Positions 12,509 to 25,292 are shown, numbered from the stretch's first letter. The stretch: DNA of 64,000 nucleotides from an uncultured SAR86 cluster bacterium (GCA_938075195.1 CALJGK010000031.1:10440-74439); one strand, 5' to 3'. The notes: generated by a model not told the origin, from the letters alone. Translations and numbers: made by a program.

Positions 12509-13042
12509 ATGGCTAGAACATCTTTAAAAGCATTAGAAATTCCAGAAGGAGTAACTCTAGAGAATAATCAAGGAGTTATTACCTTTACAGGAAAGTTAGG
12601 CAGTATGTCTTTGGATATCCATGAGGACGTAGACATAAATAAAGAAGAGAATTCAATCAGCTTCAGTCCTAACAAAGAATCCAAGGAATCTTTGGCAATT
12701 ACAGGCACCATGCGAGCTCTAACAGCAAATTTTATGCAGGGAGTTGCTACAGGTTTTGAGAAAAAACTTGAAATAAATGGAGTTGGTTACAGGGCAGCTT
12801 TAGAAGGTTCATCCATAAATCTTAGTTTAGGCTTTTCACACCCTGTTAAACATGAATTACCTGAAGGGGTGACAGCTGAACTACCGAGTAATACAGAGAT
12901 TATTCTCAAATCAATGGATAAGCAGCTCGTTGGACAGGTTGCTGCTGAAATCAGAGACTATAGACCTCCTGAGCCTTATAAAGGTAAGGGTGTGAAGTAT
13001 GCCGACGAAAGAATTATAAGAAAAGAATCTAAAAAAGCATAA
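12509..13042 (+). CDS. rplF: 50S ribosomal protein L6
   Basis: [16 protein letters not shown]. Confidence 0.99.
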   Translation: MARTSLKALEIPEGVTLENNQGVITFTGKLGSMSLDIHEDVDINKEENSISFSPNKESKESLAITGTMRALTANFMQGVATGFEKKLEINGVGYRAALEGSSINLSLGFSHPVKHELPEGVTAELPSNTEIILKSMDKQLVGQVAAEIRDYRPPEPYKGKGVKYADERIIRKESKKA

Positions 13043-13046
13043 GAAA

Positions 13047-13397
13047 ATGGCCATAAAGAATTTAAAAAGACAAAAAAGAGCTCTAAAGTCTAGATCAAAA
13101 ATTGAACTATCTGAAAACAATAGACTAAGTGTTTTTAGATCTAATGCTCACATTTATGCGCAGGTCTCTACCTGCGATGGATCACAAATTATTGTAAGTG
13201 CATCTACAGCTGAAGAGACATTGAAGTCAGAAAATAATGGGAATATGGATGCGGCTTCGAAAGTAGGTAAATTAATCGGAGAAAGAGCCCTTGAAAAAGG
13301 TATAAACAAAGTAGCATTTGATAGATCTGGTTATAAATTTCATGGGAGAGTGAAGGCTCTTGCTGAGGCTGCTCGTGAAGCAGGCCTATCATTTTAG
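13047..13397 (+). CDS. rplR: 50S ribosomal protein L18
   Basis: [24 protein letters not shown]. Confidence 0.99.
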   Translation: MAIKNLKRQKRALKSRSKIELSENNRLSVFRSNAHIYAQVSTCDGSQIIVSASTAEETLKSENNGNMDAASKVGKLIGERALEKGINKVAFDRSGYKFHGRVKALAEAAREAGLSF

Positions 13398-13406
13398 GAA
13401 AAAAAT

Positions 13407-13901
13407 ATGGAAAATAAAGCTGTTACAGATAATCTTGGCTCCGAAGTCTTAGAAGAAAAGCTAGTACAAGTTAATAGAGTTGCCAAAGTTGTTAAAGGCG
13501 GTAGGATCTTTGGGTTTACTGCTGTGACGGTAGTGGGTGATGGAAATGGGAAAATTGGTTTTGGAAGAGGCAAGGCAAGAGAAGTACCAATCGCTATTCA
13601 GAAAGCTTTAGATCATGCCAGAAGGAATATGGTGAGCATAGAATTAAAAGGAAACACCATTCAATATCCTATTAAATCTAAATATGGAGCATCAGTAATT
13701 TTTATGAAACCTGCAGCGCCTGGTACAGGAATTATAGCGGGTGGTGCTATGAGGGCTGTTCTTGAGTTGGCTGGTGTAAAAGATGTTCTAGCAAAGTGTT
13801 ATGGCTCCACCACGCCTGTAAATGTAGTACGAGCAACTTTGAAGGCTTTAGAAGAAATGGAATCTCCTGCAAGAGTTGCGAAGAGGTTGGGTAGAGGTTA
13901 A
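13407..13901 (+). CDS. rpsE: 30S ribosomal protein S5
   Basis: [20 protein letters not shown]. Confidence 0.99.
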   Translation: MENKAVTDNLGSEVLEEKLVQVNRVAKVVKGGRIFGFTAVTVVGDGNGKIGFGRGKAREVPIAIQKALDHARRNMVSIELKGNTIQYPIKSKYGASVIFMKPAAPGTGIIAGGAMRAVLELAGVKDVLAKCYGSTTPVNVVRATLKALEEMESPARVAKRLGRG

Positions 13902-13903
13902 AG

Positions 13904-14083
13904 ATGTCAGATAAACAAATTACAGTTAAGCTCACAAAAAGCCTTATAGGTTCTAAAGAATTTCAAAAAAATTCAGTAAGAGGACTAGGTTTATTCAAAA
14001 TCGGACAAACTGTTTCTGTCCAAGATACTCCTGAAAATAGAGGAATGATCAATAAAGCCATTCATTTATTGCAAGTAAATTAA
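13904..14083 (+). CDS. rpmD: 50S ribosomal protein L30 (59 aa; not in ORF track)
   Basis: Hand translation MSDKQITVKLTKSLIGSKEFQKNSVRGLGLFKIGQTVSVQDTPENRGMINKAIHLLQVN; between rpsE and rplO. Confidence 0.96.
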   Translation: MSDKQITVKLTKSLIGSKEFQKNSVRGLGLFKIGQTVSVQDTPENRGMINKAIHLLQVN

Positions 14084-14093
14084 AAGGATCAAA

Positions 14094-14528
14094 ATGAAAC
14101 TTAACGAATTAAAACCAAACCCAAAAAGAGTAAAGGACAGTAAGCGTATTGGCAGAGGTACAGGTAGTGGCTCTGGAAAAACAAGCGGCAAAGGGCATAA
14201 AGGTTTGAAATCTCGTTCCGGAGGAAGAGTTAGAATAGGGTTCGAGGGTGGTCAAATGCCTCTCCAAAAGAGAACCCCTAAATTTGGGTTTTCATCCAGA
14301 AGAAATAGAAATACTCAACAATTAAGGCTTAGTACTTTACTTAATTCAGGCATAACAGAAGTAACTATAGAAAGTCTCGTTGCAGCTGATCTTATTAGAA
14401 ACTCTACTAAAAAAGTAAAAGTATTCTTAGACGCAGATTCATGCACTAAAATTAATCTCAAGGGCATACATACAACAGCATCAGTTAAAAAATTAATTGA
14501 AGAAGCTGGAGGCACAATAGAAGCATAG
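14094..14528 (+). CDS. rplO: 50S ribosomal protein L15
   Basis: [22 protein letters not shown]. Confidence 0.99.
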   Translation: MKLNELKPNPKRVKDSKRIGRGTGSGSGKTSGKGHKGLKSRSGGRVRIGFEGGQMPLQKRTPKFGFSSRRNRNTQQLRLSTLLNSGITEVTIESLVAADLIRNSTKKVKVFLDADSCTKINLKGIHTTASVKKLIEEAGGTIEA

Positions 14529-14530
14529 TC

Positions 14531-15865
14531 ATGTCAGTAAATCCATCAGCTATTGGACAAAATAAAGGACTTTCAGAGTTATGGAAGAGACTTCGTTTTG
14601 TTTTTATGGCTGTCATAATTTATAGGATAGGAACACACATACCAATTCCCGGTATTGACCCAGATAAGCTAGCGAATATTTTTCAACAAAATCAAGGAAC
14701 ACTCCTAGACTTGTTCAATATGTTTTCAGGCGGAGCTCTTGAAAGGATGAGTATTATGGCACTCAATATCATGCCATACATTACTGCATCGATTATTATG
14801 AGTCTTTTAGAAGGAACCACACCTTCTCTCAAGAAAAGGTTTAGAGAGGAAGGTGAGGAAGGCAGAAGATTGAGAACGTCTTATGTCCGTTATGGAACAG
14901 TTTTCTTAGCCCTAATTCAGGCAAGTGGACTGGCTTTGGGATTACAAAATCAAGGCTTAGCTTTAGAACCTGGAGTAATGTTTCAGATAGTAGCTGTAAC
15001 TTCACTGGTATCAGGAACAGTATTTTTAATGTGGTTGGGAGAGCTTGTTACTGAAAAAGGTATTGGCAATGGTATATCAATAATAATTTTCTCTAGCATC
15101 GTTGCTGGGTTACCAAGGGCAGTGGGGCAAGCATTCGAAGGGGCGAGACAAGGAGATATCAATCTCATCATGCTCTTATCAATCGCTTTAGTGGCGGTTG
15201 CTGCAATAGCGTTTATTGTCTGGATAGAAAGAGGTCAGAGAAGAATAACTGTAAATTATGCCAAGAGACAACAAGGAAGAAAGATGGTTCAAGGCCAAGC
15301 TTCTTATCTTCCTATGAAAATTAACCAAGCAGGTGTTATACCAGCAATTTTTGCTAGTAGTTTGCTGTTATTTCCAGCATCAGCTTCATCATGGTTTGGA
15401 CAAGGTGAAGGGTTCGAGTGGCTTCAAGAAATTACTCTTGCTCTAGGTCCCGGTCAGCCTTTGTATGTAATTCTATTTTCGGCTCTGATTGCTTTCTTCT
15501 GTTTCTTTTATACTGCCTTACAGTTTGATCCAAAAGAAATTTCAGAAAATTTGAGACGTTCTGGTGCTTATATGCCTGGTATAAGACCGGGAGATCAAAC
15601 AGCAGATTATATAGATGGAGTGATGACCCGCTTAACAGTTTGGGGATCTGGATACCTTATATTGGTATGTCTTATGCCTCAATTTTTGATTGTTTCAGCC
15701 GGTGTTCCTTTTTACTTAGGAGGAACTTCATTGCTAATAGCAGTTGTCGTAGTGATGGATTTCATGGCTCAGGTGCAATCTCATCTTATGTCACATCAGT
15801 ACGAGTCACTTCTTAAAAAAGCTAATTTAAAAGGTTACGGTGGTAATCCATTAGGTGGAAGATAA
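14531..15865 (+). CDS. secY: Preprotein translocase subunit SecY
   Basis: [28 protein letters not shown]; multi-TM. Confidence 0.99.
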   Translation: MSVNPSAIGQNKGLSELWKRLRFVFMAVIIYRIGTHIPIPGIDPDKLANIFQQNQGTLLDLFNMFSGGALERMSIMALNIMPYITASIIMSLLEGTTPSLKKRFREEGEEGRRLRTSYVRYGTVFLALIQASGLALGLQNQGLALEPGVMFQIVAVTSLVSGTVFLMWLGELVTEKGIGNGISIIIFSSIVAGLPRAVGQAFEGARQGDINLIMLLSIALVAVAAIAFIVWIERGQRRITVNYAKRQQGRKMVQGQASYLPMKINQAGVIPAIFASSLLLFPASASSWFGQGEGFEWLQEITLALGPGQPLYVILFSALIAFFCFFYTALQFDPKEISENLRRSGAYMPGIRPGDQTADYIDGVMTRLTVWGSGYLILVCLMPQFLIVSAGVPFYLGGTSLLIAVVVVMDFMAQVQSHLMSHQYESLLKKANLKGYGGNPLGGR

Positions 15866-15867
15866 AA

Positions 15868-15984
15868 ATGAAAGTTAGAGCATCAGTAAAAAAAATATGC
15901 AGAAATTGCAAAATAGTAAAAAGAAAAGGAACACTTTTTGTTATATGTCCAACAGAACCAAGACATAAACAAAGACAAGGGTAA
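15868..15984 (+). CDS. rpmJ: 50S ribosomal protein L36 (38 aa, Zn-ribbon form; not in ORF track)
   Basis: Hand translation [38 protein letters not shown]. Confidence 0.97.
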   Translation: MKVRASVKKICRNCKIVKRKGTLFVICPTEPRHKQRQG

Positions 15985-15995
15985 AGGAGAAAAGA

Positions 15996-16352
15996 ATGGC
16001 ACGTGTCGCAGGAATAAATATCCCAGATAATAAACATGCAGAGATTTCATTAACTTATGTTTACGGAATAGGAAAAACAAGAGCAAAAAGCATTTGCAGC
16101 TCTATAGGAGTTGATCCATCTACAAAAATTGTTGATTTATCTGAAGATCAACTTGAGCTTGTCAGAGCAGAGGTAGGTAGATTTATGGTAGAAGGCGATT
16201 TAAGAAGGGAAGTCGCAACAAATATTAAAAGACTTCAAGACTTAGGTACTAATAGAGGCATAAGACACAGAAGACATTTACCTGTAAGAGGACAAAATAC
16301 AAAAAATAACGCGAGAACAAGAAAAGGACCTAAACGTCCAATAAGAAGATAA
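15996..16352 (+). CDS. rpsM: 30S ribosomal protein S13
   Basis: [27 protein letters not shown]. Confidence 0.99.
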   Translation: MARVAGINIPDNKHAEISLTYVYGIGKTRAKSICSSIGVDPSTKIVDLSEDQLELVRAEVGRFMVEGDLRREVATNIKRLQDLGTNRGIRHRRHLPVRGQNTKNNARTRKGPKRPIRR

Positions 16353-16356
16353 AACT

Positions 16357-16731
16357 ATGGCTACAAAAAAGACTACAAAGAAAAGAGTAAGCGAAGGTAT
16401 CGCTCATATTCATGCCTCCTTTAATAACACATTGATTAGTATTACTGACAAGCAAGGAAATGCTATTGCTCAATCAAGTTCTGGTGCTCAAGGCTTTAGG
16501 GGCTCTAGAAAAAGTACACCATTCGCAGCTCAAAGAGCCGCTGAAGCAGTAGGTGACAAAGTAAAAATGGTAGGAGTGGAGAGTCTTGAAATTCAAGTAA
16601 GAGGGCCAGGATCAGGAAGAGAGTCAGCAATAAGAGGATTAAATTCTAAAGGCTTCAAAATAACTAAAATAACTGACGTAACTCCAATCCCTCACAACGG
16701 TTGTAGACCCCCTAAAAGGAGAAGAGTTTAA
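16357..16731 (+). CDS. rpsK: 30S ribosomal protein S11
   Basis: [27 protein letters not shown]. Confidence 0.99.
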   Translation: MATKKTTKKRVSEGIAHIHASFNNTLISITDKQGNAIAQSSSGAQGFRGSRKSTPFAAQRAAEAVGDKVKMVGVESLEIQVRGPGSGRESAIRGLNSKGFKITKITDVTPIPHNGCRPPKRRRV

Positions 16732-17354
16732 TGGCTAGATATATCGGACCAAAATGCAAGTTATCCAGAAGAGAAGGAACAGATCTTCTGTTAAAAAGTG
16801 GAATAAGATCTCATGATTCAAAGTGTAAGTCTGAAACAGTACCAGGACAGCACGGACGCACTAGACGTCCTAGAATTTCTGATTATGGAGTTCAGTTAAG
16901 AGAAAAACAGAAAGTAAGAAGAATTTATGGCGTTATGGAAAAACAATTCAAGACTTATTATAAGCATGCAGCAAGAATGAAAGGCGTTACGGGTGACAAT
17001 CTTCTTCAAATGCTTGAAAGTAGGCTTGATAATGTTGTTTACAGAATGGGTTTTGCTTCAACTAGATCAGAGGCTAGACAGCTTGTTAGCCATAAAGCCG
17101 TTTTAGTAAATGACAAGAAAGTTAACATCCCAAGTTATAAAATTGCTCCTGGAGATACCGTTTCTTTAACTGAAAGTGCACAATCACAAAATAGGGTTCA
17201 ACAAGCTATAGAGATAGCTAAAAATAGAGAAGAGGTTGATTGGATAGATGTGAATTCTAAAAATTATTCAGGAACATATAAAAGCATTCCTGAAAGATCA
17301 TCTCTTGATACTGATATTAATGAGAATTTGATAATCGAGCTTTATTCAAAATAA
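16731..17354 (+). CDS. rpsD: 30S ribosomal protein S4
   Basis: [23 protein letters not shown]. Confidence 0.99.
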   Translation: MARYIGPKCKLSRREGTDLLLKSGIRSHDSKCKSETVPGQHGRTRRPRISDYGVQLREKQKVRRIYGVMEKQFKTYYKHAARMKGVTGDNLLQMLESRLDNVVYRMGFASTRSEARQLVSHKAVLVNDKKVNIPSYKIAPGDTVSLTESAQSQNRVQQAIEIAKNREEVDWIDVNSKNYSGTYKSIPERSSLDTDINENLIIELYSK

Positions 17355-17366
17355 AAGAGGAAAAAT

Positions 17367-18347
17367 ATGACAGATAATTACGATATTATTAAAGATTTTT
17401 TAACACCAACTGAAATAGTTGTTGAAGAATCAGGACCAACTAGGTCTAAAATTGTTCTTGAACCTCTTGAGCAAGGTTTCGGTCACACTTTAGGTAATGC
17501 CCTAAGAAGAATTATTCTATCTTCCATGCCAGGAACTGCAGTTTCAGAAGTTAAAATTGATGGTGTTCTTCATGAATACAGCACAATAGAAGGTGTGCAA
17601 GAAGATGTTATAGATATACTTTTAAATTTAAAAGATCTATCAGTGAGACTCACTGAAGTAGAAGATGCAGAATTAAAAATATCTAAATCTGGAAGTGGAA
17701 CAGTAACAGCAGCTGACATTGATTTACCAACTGGTGTAGAGATAATCAATCCAGAACATCATATAGCCACTTTGAATGAAGAAGGTTCTATTAATATGAT
17801 GTTAAAAGTTACGAGAGGAAGAGGGTTTGTTCCTGTTAAACCTCTGGATGAAGATGAGGGTCAAGAGACAGGACTTTTAAGATTAGATGCAACTTATTCT
17901 CCAATAAGAAGAGTTACTTATCAGGTTGATAATGCAAGAGTGGAACAAAGAACAAATCTTGATAGATTGACTGTAGACATTGATACCGACGGAACCTTAG
18001 AAGCAGAAGAAATATTAAGAATTTCAGCTACTATTCTTCAGCATCAACTATCAGCATTTGCTGAGCTTGGAAGGCTTGAAGAGGTCATTGAAGAAAAAGA
18101 AGAAGCAAAAATTGATCCAATAATGTTAAGACCTGTGGATGAATTAGAACTTACCGTAAGATCAGCTAATTGTTTGAAGGCTGAGAATATTCACTACATT
18201 GGTGATTTAGTAACAAGAATGGAATCAGATCTGCTTAGGACACCTAATCTAGGTAAGAAGTCTTTGAACGAAATAAAAGAAGTTCTTTTATCAAGAGGTC
18301 TGTCATTGGGCTTGATACTTGATAATTGGCCACCAGAAAATAATTAA
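17367..18347 (+). CDS. rpoA: RNA polymerase alpha subunit
   Basis: [15 protein letters not shown]-like, [20 protein letters not shown]. Confidence 0.99.
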   Translation: MTDNYDIIKDFLTPTEIVVEESGPTRSKIVLEPLEQGFGHTLGNALRRIILSSMPGTAVSEVKIDGVLHEYSTIEGVQEDVIDILLNLKDLSVRLTEVEDAELKISKSGSGTVTAADIDLPTGVEIINPEHHIATLNEEGSINMMLKVTRGRGFVPVKPLDEDEGQETGLLRLDATYSPIRRVTYQVDNARVEQRTNLDRLTVDIDTDGTLEAEEILRISATILQHQLSAFAELGRLEEVIEEKEEAKIDPIMLRPVDELELTVRSANCLKAENIHYIGDLVTRMESDLLRTPNLGKKSLNEIKEVLLSRGLSLGLILDNWPPENN

Positions 18348-18355
18348 GAAATAAA

Positions 18356-18754
18356 ATGAGACATAGGAAAGCTGGAAGAAAATTTAATAGGAATAGTCCT
18401 CAAAGGAAAGCCTTAAAGAAAGGTTTAGCTATTTCAATTATAGAACATGAATCTATAAAAACCACTCTTGCGAAAGCTAAAGAGATTAGAGGTTTCTTGG
18501 AACCTTTAGTGACTCTTGCAAAAGAGAATACCGTGGCAAATCAAAGATTGGCATATGCTAGACTCCAATCCAAAGAGGCAGTAGCGAAGTTATTTGATGA
18601 ATTAGGTCCTAGGTTCAAGGATAGACCCGGAGGTTACCTAAGAGTCGTTAAACGTGGACTTAGGCCTGGTGATAAATCTCCTGCAGCTCAAATAGAATTT
18701 GTAAAAGATGACAATATTTCGAGCGAACAACCTGTTAGCGAAGAAACAGCTTAA
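18356..18754 (+). CDS. rplQ: 50S ribosomal protein L17
   Basis: [22 protein letters not shown]. Confidence 0.99.
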   Translation: MRHRKAGRKFNRNSPQRKALKKGLAISIIEHESIKTTLAKAKEIRGFLEPLVTLAKENTVANQRLAYARLQSKEAVAKLFDELGPRFKDRPGGYLRVVKRGLRPGDKSPAAQIEFVKDDNISSEQPVSEETA

Positions 18755-21585
18755 TTCTTAAGTACTTTTTTAAGATGTTTTCCTGTGTGGGATTTTTTGT
18801 TTTTAATTAGGTCTTCTGGAGTCCCCATAGCAATAATCTCTCCACCGTTTGAACCGCCTTCGGGTCCTAAATCTATCACCCAATCACATGTTTTGATGAC
18901 ATCCATGTTGTGTTCTATCACAACTACAGTATTACCGTTATCTCTAAGTCTTTTAAGCACCTTTAGAAGAAGCTCAATATCATACATATGAAGCCCTGTT
19001 GTAGGTTCATCAAGAATATATAGAGTATGATTATAGGCACTTTTTGACAGCTCTTTAGCCAATTTCACTCTCTGAGCTTCCCCTCCTGACAGAGTAGTGG
19101 CTTGTTGTCCTAATTTCACATATCCGAGACCAACATCCATAAGGGTTTCTAATTTCTTCCTTATGGAAGGTATTGCATCAAAAAACTTTAATGAATCTTC
19201 AACTGTCATATCCAATACTTCGTAAATATTCTTACTTTTGTATTTGATATCCAAAGTTTCTCTATTGTATCTTTGACCATCACATACATCACACTTTACA
19301 TATACATCAGGAAGAAAGTGCATTTCGACTTTGATAACTCCATCTCCTTGACATGCCTCACATCTACCTCCTTTAACATTAAAACTGAATCTGCCAATCT
19401 TATAACCACGAGATCTAGATTCCTGTGTTCCGGCAAATAACTCTCTTAATGGAGTAAATAAACCTGTGTAGGTTGCTGGATTAGATCTAGGAGTTCTGCC
19501 TATAGGACTTTGGCTTATCTCAATAATTTTATCGATATCATTTATTCCTGATAGTTTTGCAAAAGGTTTAGTATCTCTTTTTTCAGCCCTAGAGATTTCA
19601 TTTGATATAGCTGGTAACAAAGTTTGATTGATTAGAGTTGATTTTCCAGAACCTGAGACTCCTGTAACGCAAACAAATAAATCTAGAGGCAGTTCTAGAT
19701 TTACAGATTTTAAGTTATGACCATCCGCTTTGGTGAGTTTAACTATTCTTTCTTTACTTAATTCTTTTCTTGTCTTTGGTATTTCAATTTTTCTCTTTCC
19801 TGACAAGTATTGACCCGTAATTGAATGCTTAGATTTAGCTATCTCTGATGCTGTTCCTTGAGCACATACCTTCCCGCCGTGAACTCCTGCTCCAGGACCT
19901 ATGTCAATTACGTGGTCTGAAAATTGCATTGTTTCATGATCGTGCTCTACAACTATTACCGTGTTACCAAGATCTTTCAATTTTTTTAACGTTTTTAGGA
20001 GCTTTTCATTGTCTCTTTGATGAAGACCAATCGACGGTTCATCTAGAATATAAGTCACACCCACAAGACCTGCTCCAATCTGACTAGCCAATCTAATTCT
20101 CTGGGCCTCGCCTCCACTGAGACTTTCAGCACTTCTATCTAGAGTTAGATAATTTAATCCAACATCTACTAAGAACTCTAATCTTTCGTTTACTTCTTTT
20201 ACTATCCTTTCAGCAATTTCTCCCTTTGAGCCTTTTAAATTCATAGTATTAAAAAAATCAAAAGCTTGATCGATTGTATAAGAAGTAATTTCAGGAAGAT
20301 TCACATTTTCTATGAAGACGTTTCTGGCTTCTTTTCTTAATCTAGATCCTGCACAGGCCTTACAGGAAGAAAGAGAGATAAGCTTTGATAGGTTATCTCT
20401 ACTATAACTAGATTCAGTTTCTTTATATCTTCTATCGATATTATTTAAGACTCCTTCAAATGCAAAGATTCGTTCTACCAAACTACCTCTTTTATTTCTC
20501 CAGCTAAAATTCACTGGTATTCCATTTGTTCCATTTAAAATAATATCCTTAATTTCCTCATCTAAGTTTTCAAAAGATTCCTCTAATGAAAAGTTATATT
20601 CCCTTGAAAGACATCTCAGAAGATGAAAGTGATATCTATGACTCATATCCCATCCAACTAATGCGCCTTCGCTTATGCTAGCCGTTGATTCATGAATCAC
20701 CTTAGAAACGTCAACATATGACTTCACTCCGAGTCCTTCGCAGTCAGGACAAGCACCTGCGGGATTATTAAAAGTGAATAATCTAGGTTCTAGCTCAGGT
20801 ATGCTGTAACCACATTCATTGCATGCCATTTTCGAGCTATAAGAAATATCTTTATTCTCATCTAAAAGGAAAATTATCACATTACCGTCACTAAGATTAA
20901 GTGCATTTTCAATTGATTCTGCCAATCTTAATTGAAAATTTTCATCAGCATCTTTTGGTAATACCAATCTATCGACAACAGCCTCTATTGAATGTTTTTT
21001 ATTTTTGTTTAGTTTGGGATTATCATCGACATCAATAGTAATTCCATTAACTCGCATTCTTACATACCCTTGCATCTTAAGATCATCGAATACATGCAGA
21101 TGTTCACCTTTCTGCTCTTTTATTAATGGAGCCAAGATCATTATTTTAGAATCATCTGGGAGTTCAAGGATTTTGTCACAAATTTGATTTGAGGTTTGTC
21201 CTTCCAGAGATAAGTTATGATCGGGACATATTGGAGTTCCGGCTCTTGCAAACAAAAGTCTCAAATAATCATAGATTTCAGTAACAGTTCCAACGGTAGA
21301 TCTAGGGTTATGGGAAGTTGTTTTTTGTTCAATAGAAATTGCAGGAGATAGCCCCTCGATGTGATCAACATCAGGTTTTTCCATCATAGATAGAAATTGC
21401 CTTGCATAAGCTGATAAAGATTCCACATATCGTCTTTGACCCTCAGCATAAAGAGTATCAAATGCTAAACTTGATTTACCTGAACCTGACAGACCTGTTA
21501 TGACTACTAACTTATCTCGAGGAAGATCTATGTCTATATTTTTGAGATTATGCTGACGTGCACCTCTTACCTTGATGTATTTCAT
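18751..21585 (-). CDS. uvrA: Excinuclease ABC subunit A
   Basis: Two Walker A motifs ([18 protein letters not shown]), LSGGEAQR twice, Zn-finger CxxC pairs; 944 aa. Confidence 0.99.
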   Translation of the reverse strand: MKYIKVRGARQHNLKNIDIDLPRDKLVVITGLSGSGKSSLAFDTLYAEGQRRYVESLSAYARQFLSMMEKPDVDHIEGLSPAISIEQKTTSHNPRSTVGTVTEIYDYLRLLFARAGTPICPDHNLSLEGQTSNQICDKILELPDDSKIMILAPLIKEQKGEHLHVFDDLKMQGYVRMRVNGITIDVDDNPKLNKNKKHSIEAVVDRLVLPKDADENFQLRLAESIENALNLSDGNVIIFLLDENKDISYSSKMACNECGYSIPELEPRLFTFNNPAGACPDCEGLGVKSYVDVSKVIHESTASISEGALVGWDMSHRYHFHLLRCLSREYNFSLEESFENLDEEIKDIILNGTNGIPVNFSWRNKRGSLVERIFAFEGVLNNIDRRYKETESSYSRDNLSKLISLSSCKACAGSRLRKEARNVFIENVNLPEITSYTIDQAFDFFNTMNLKGSKGEIAERIVKEVNERLEFLVDVGLNYLTLDRSAESLSGGEAQRIRLASQIGAGLVGVTYILDEPSIGLHQRDNEKLLKTLKKLKDLGNTVIVVEHDHETMQFSDHVIDIGPGAGVHGGKVCAQGTASEIAKSKHSITGQYLSGKRKIEIPKTRKELSKERIVKLTKADGHNLKSVNLELPLDLFVCVTGVSGSGKSTLINQTLLPAISNEISRAEKRDTKPFAKLSGINDIDKIIEISQSPIGRTPRSNPATYTGLFTPLRELFAGTQESRSRGYKIGRFSFNVKGGRCEACQGDGVIKVEMHFLPDVYVKCDVCDGQRYNRETLDIKYKSKNIYEVLDMTVEDSLKFFDAIPSIRKKLETLMDVGLGYVKLGQQATTLSGGEAQRVKLAKELSKSAYNHTLYILDEPTTGLHMYDIELLLKVLKRLRDNGNTVVVIEHNMDVIKTCDWVIDLGPEGGSNGGEIIAMGTPEDLIKNKKSHTGKHLKKVLKN

Positions 21586-21667
21586 GAAAAAAAATAATGT
21601 TTTGGAACTTATGTTTAGAAAACAGATTATAATCTTAGTTAGTAATATTAACTAAATTAAAATTTTT

Positions 21668-22108
21668 ATGGCTAGAAGCGGAATCAATAAAGTAATTTTG
21701 GTAGGAAATCTAGGACAAGATCCTGATGTTAAATATACAGCCGGCGGAGCCGCTGTCACAACACTTAGTCTGGCAACATCTGAATCATGGAAAGATAAGG
21801 ACACGGGGTCTGATCAAGAGAAAACTGAATGGCATAGGGTAGTTTTATGGAGAAGGTTGGCTGAGATTGCAGGTGAATATCTTAAAAAAGGATCTAAGGT
21901 CTACATAGAAGGACAGCTTCAAACTAGGAAATGGGAACAGGATGGACAAACTCGATACACCACAGAGGTCATAGGACGAGATATGCAGTTCTTGGATAGT
22001 AGGGGAAGTTCTAATTCAGATAATTCTTCTTATGAAAACACCAATCAAGACATGGGTTCTCAAAATTTACCAGATAGCGGTATTACTGATGATGATATAC
22101 CTTTTTAA
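21668..22108 (+). CDS. ssb: Single-stranded DNA-binding protein
   Basis: [20 protein letters not shown]-terminal DDDIPF; divergent from uvrA. Confidence 0.99.
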   Translation: MARSGINKVILVGNLGQDPDVKYTAGGAAVTTLSLATSESWKDKDTGSDQEKTEWHRVVLWRRLAEIAGEYLKKGSKVYIEGQLQTRKWEQDGQTRYTTEVIGRDMQFLDSRGSSNSDNSSYENTNQDMGSQNLPDSGITDDDIPF

Positions 22109-23319
22109 GGTTTTTCAAAAATCAAAGTAGCGTTCGTACCGCCAAAGCCGAAACTATTACTTAAAAAGCTGTTCAGGGCAGCTGAAATGTTTTCTCTAGC
22201 TATTGGAAAGTCTTCAGCGCCTTCATCCAGATTCTCTATATTGGCTGAGCCTACTATAAATTGTTCTTTTAACATTATGAGGCCATATATAGATTCTTGT
22301 ACTCCTGCAGCCCCAAGAGAATGGCCTGAAAGCGATTTGGTTGAGCTTATCCAAGGTATCTTATCTCCAAAAACAGACTTAATTGCATTGAGCTCAGTGA
22401 TATCTCCAGCAGGAGTACTTGTTCCATGAGCATTGATATAATCAATCTTTGACTTGCCACACATATCCCAGGCAACTTGCATACATCTCTTGCCACCTTC
22501 TCCAGAAGGGCTCACCATATCTTCACCATCAGAGGTAGCAGCATAACCAGTTAATTTTGCATAGATTGTTGCACCTCTAGCAATGGCATGTTCTTTCTCT
22601 TCAAGAATTAAAGACCCTCCGCCTCCAGCGATCACAAAACCATCTCTATCTTTATCATAAGCTCTTGAGGCAACAGAAGGATTGTCATTATATTTTGTAG
22701 ACAGGGCTCCCATGGCATCGAATAAACTTGTCATTCCCCAATGCTCGGCTTCACCGCCACCTGCAATAACGATATCTTGTTTGCCGAGTTGTATTTGTTC
22801 CATTCCAGATCCAATGCAGTGAGCACTCGTTGCGCAAGCAGAGGAAATAGAATAATTGATTCCTTTTATTCCAAAAGATGTTGCGAGACAGGCGGAGACT
22901 GTACTTCCCATAGCTTTAGTAACTCTGTAGGGTCCTATTCTTTTTAAACCTTTTTGTCTCAGGATATCTGCAGATTCTATTTGGTCTTCAGAAGAAGCAC
23001 CTCCTGAGCCCATTATTAGACCAGTTCTAACATTAGATAATTCGTCTTGAGTTAAATTGGCATCTTTTATTGCTTCTTGAGTGCTTAAGTATGCATAGGC
23101 TGCTGCATCACCCATAAATCTATAAAGCTTTCTATCGATGAGCTCCTTAAGATTTAAGTTTTTAATTGAACCTGAAACATGACTTCTAAGGCCAATCTCT
23201 TTATTATCTAGATTTTCTGAGATTCCAGAACTTAAATTTTTTAAAGAATCTGTTACTTCAGAAGTATTATTTCCTAAGCTAGAAACTATCCCCATGCCTG
23301 TTATTACTACTTCGCGCAT
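22105..23319 (-). CDS. fabB: 3-oxoacyl-ACP synthase I (start revised to ATG 23319)
   Basis: [35 protein letters not shown]; directly after fabA. Confidence 0.96.
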   Translation of the reverse strand: MREVVITGMGIVSSLGNNTSEVTDSLKNLSSGISENLDNKEIGLRSHVSGSIKNLNLKELIDRKLYRFMGDAAAYAYLSTQEAIKDANLTQDELSNVRTGLIMGSGGASSEDQIESADILRQKGLKRIGPYRVTKAMGSTVSACLATSFGIKGINYSISSACATSAHCIGSGMEQIQLGKQDIVIAGGGEAEHWGMTSLFDAMGALSTKYNDNPSVASRAYDKDRDGFVIAGGGGSLILEEKEHAIARGATIYAKLTGYAATSDGEDMVSPSGEGGKRCMQVAWDMCGKSKIDYINAHGTSTPAGDITELNAIKSVFGDKIPWISSTKSLSGHSLGAAGVQESIYGLIMLKEQFIVGSANIENLDEGAEDFPIARENISAALNSFLSNSFGFGGTNATLIFEKP

Positions 23320-23320
23320 A

Positions 23321-23842
23321 TCAAAAATTAGAGGTATCTTGAAATAAACCCACCTTAAGTCCTTTGGCGCTATAAATTTCTCTGCCATCGACAAGCATGG
23401 ATCCTTCACCTATTCCCACTGTTAGATCGAGATTAAGTATTCTCTTGATATCAATTTTAATTGTTACAATCTTCGCGGTTGGCAATACTTGCCCAAAAAA
23501 TTTGACCTCGGATGCACCTAGGGCTCTTCCTCTACCGGGTTTGCCTAGCCAGCATAAATGAAAACCTACAAGCTGCCACATTGCATCGAGACCTAAGCAA
23601 CCGGGCATAACAGGATCACCTTTAAAATGACAATCAAAAAACCATAGATCAGGATTGATGTCTAATTCAGCGATAATCTCACCCTTTGAAAACTTACCTC
23701 CATCAGTGTTGATTTCTGTTATGCGGTCAAACATGAGCATATTTGGAGTTGGAAGCCTGCCATTTTCTTGGCCAAAGAGGTTACCTTCAGCACAATCAAG
23801 TATTTCTTCTTTGTTGTAGTTGCTTTTAGGTGAGAAGGACAT
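23321..23842 (-). CDS. fabA: 3-hydroxydecanoyl-ACP dehydratase/isomerase
   Basis: [26 protein letters not shown]. Confidence 0.98.
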   Translation of the reverse strand: MSFSPKSNYNKEEILDCAEGNLFGQENGRLPTPNMLMFDRITEINTDGGKFSKGEIIAELDINPDLWFFDCHFKGDPVMPGCLGLDAMWQLVGFHLCWLGKPGRGRALGASEVKFFGQVLPTAKIVTIKIDIKRILNLDLTVGIGEGSMLVDGREIYSAKGLKVGLFQDTSNF

Positions 23843-23899
23843 TTTTATAAACTCTTAATTTTGAAAACTTAATGATACATTAAATTAGTTATAAAAAAA

Positions 23900-24865
23900 T
23901 TAAGATAATCTTGAGTCTAGGTTGGAGACAATCTGCTCTAATGCTGTCTTGTATTCGTTATCAGGTATATTTTTAATCTCTTCTTTACATGTACCTGAAT
24001 AATAATTAAATATTTTATCGATTTCTTCACGAATATTTGAGGTGTTTAGCATTTGCAAGACCTTAGGAAAAGATTCCTTTTCTCCTCTTTCAAACAATTT
24101 TAAAAAAATATCTCTTTCATTACAGTCCATATTTTTTAGAGCAATCAAAACAGGAAGAGTAAATTTACCTTCTTCAAAATCTTTGCCGACGCGTTTTCCT
24201 GTAAGGCTCTCATTTCCAAAGTAATCAAGAATATCGTCTTGAATTTGAAAGCTTATTCCTAAAGAGGTTGCAAATTTAGCTAAACTAGAAAGCTGACTTT
24301 CTGAACACGAAGAAAGGATACCCGCAGTTAGAGCTGCTGATTTAAAAAGCTCAGCAGTTTTTCTATCGATTATTTCAAAATATTCTTTATCGGTTAAAAC
24401 TTCTCTATTTTTCAACGCAAGCTGGAGCACTTCTCCTTCAGAAATTCTATTTGTAGAGTCAGCAAGAGTTCTAATAATCTTGGGATTTTCAAAACTAGCC
24501 ATTAATTGAAATGCTTTAGAGTAAACAAAATCTCCCACCAATACACCATGAGCATTATCCCATTTAGTGTGAATACTTTGTTTACCTCTTCTGATTAGAC
24601 TTTGGTCAACCACATCATCATGTATGAGCGTGGCTGTATGAAGAAGTTCAATCGAACTTGCCAGCTTTATAAGATCTTGCCCTTGATAACTAAAAGCTTT
24701 GGCAATCAAAATACAGACAACTGGCCTTATTCTTTTTCCTCCTGAACTTACAAGATGATTTGATACTTCGCTTGCTAGTTTAATATCTGAGCTTATTGAT
24801 TCCACCAGGTTTGCTTCTAGAGAATCTAGTTCATTAGCGAGTAACTGTTTATACATTAATACCAT
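23900..24865 (-). CDS. ispB: Polyprenyl (octaprenyl) diphosphate synthase (start 24865 or 24856)
   Basis: GGKRIRP, LIHDDVVD..RRG, FQIQDDILD; divergent from rplU. Confidence 0.92.
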   Translation of the reverse strand: MVLMYKQLLANELDSLEANLVESISSDIKLASEVSNHLVSSGGKRIRPVVCILIAKAFSYQGQDLIKLASSIELLHTATLIHDDVVDQSLIRRGKQSIHTKWDNAHGVLVGDFVYSKAFQLMASFENPKIIRTLADSTNRISEGEVLQLALKNREVLTDKEYFEIIDRKTAELFKSAALTAGILSSCSESQLSSLAKFATSLGISFQIQDDILDYFGNESLTGKRVGKDFEEGKFTLPVLIALKNMDCNERDIFLKLFERGEKESFPKVLQMLNTSNIREEIDKIFNYYSGTCKEEIKNIPDNEYKTALEQIVSNLDSRLS

Positions 24866-24909
24866 AGACCTTCTATTTTAAATTAAGAAGAGTAATTCAT
24901 GGAATTATA

Positions 24910-24938
24910 TTGCGATTAGTTCATCTTTTTCGTATAGT
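24910..24938 (+). promoter_or_regulatory. sigma70 promoter of rplU-rpmA
   Basis: TTGCGA-17 bp-TATAGT, GC-rich discriminator. Confidence 0.55.
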
Positions 24939-24968
24939 GCACGTCCTAAATTCGTGATTGGAGAAAAT

Positions 24969-25280
24969 ATGTTTGCCGTAATTGAGAGCGGAGGAAAGCA
25001 ACACACTGTTACAGAAGGCGAAAGCTTGAAAGTAGAGCTTTTATCTGTGGAAGAAGGTTCAACAATTGAATTTGATAAAGTGTTAATGATTTCTAACGGG
25101 GCAGATTCAAAAATTGGCAGTCCCTATGTAGAAAATGCAAAAGTAACCGCTAAACTCGTTACTAACGGTAAGCACGATAAAATACGTGTTTTCAAGATGA
25201 AAAGAAGAAAAGATTACAGAAGAACTTACGGTCATAGACAAAACTTTAGTGAAATTAAGATCGAAACGATAAGTTCGTAA
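24969..25280 (+). CDS. rplU: 50S ribosomal protein L21 (start revised to ATG 24969)
   Basis: [15 protein letters not shown]; SD GGAG upstream. Confidence 0.98.
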   Translation: MFAVIESGGKQHTVTEGESLKVELLSVEEGSTIEFDKVLMISNGADSKIGSPYVENAKVTAKLVTNGKHDKIRVFKMKRRKDYRRTYGHRQNFSEIKIETISS

Positions 25281-25292
25281 ATAAGAGATAAC

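Noticed and set aside
23869-23883. TTAATG-ATA-CATTAA inverted repeat upstream of fabA
   Set aside because: Only 6 bp arms in very AT-rich DNA, unlike FabR/DesT/FadR sites, and it overlaps a plausible -10; likely chance.
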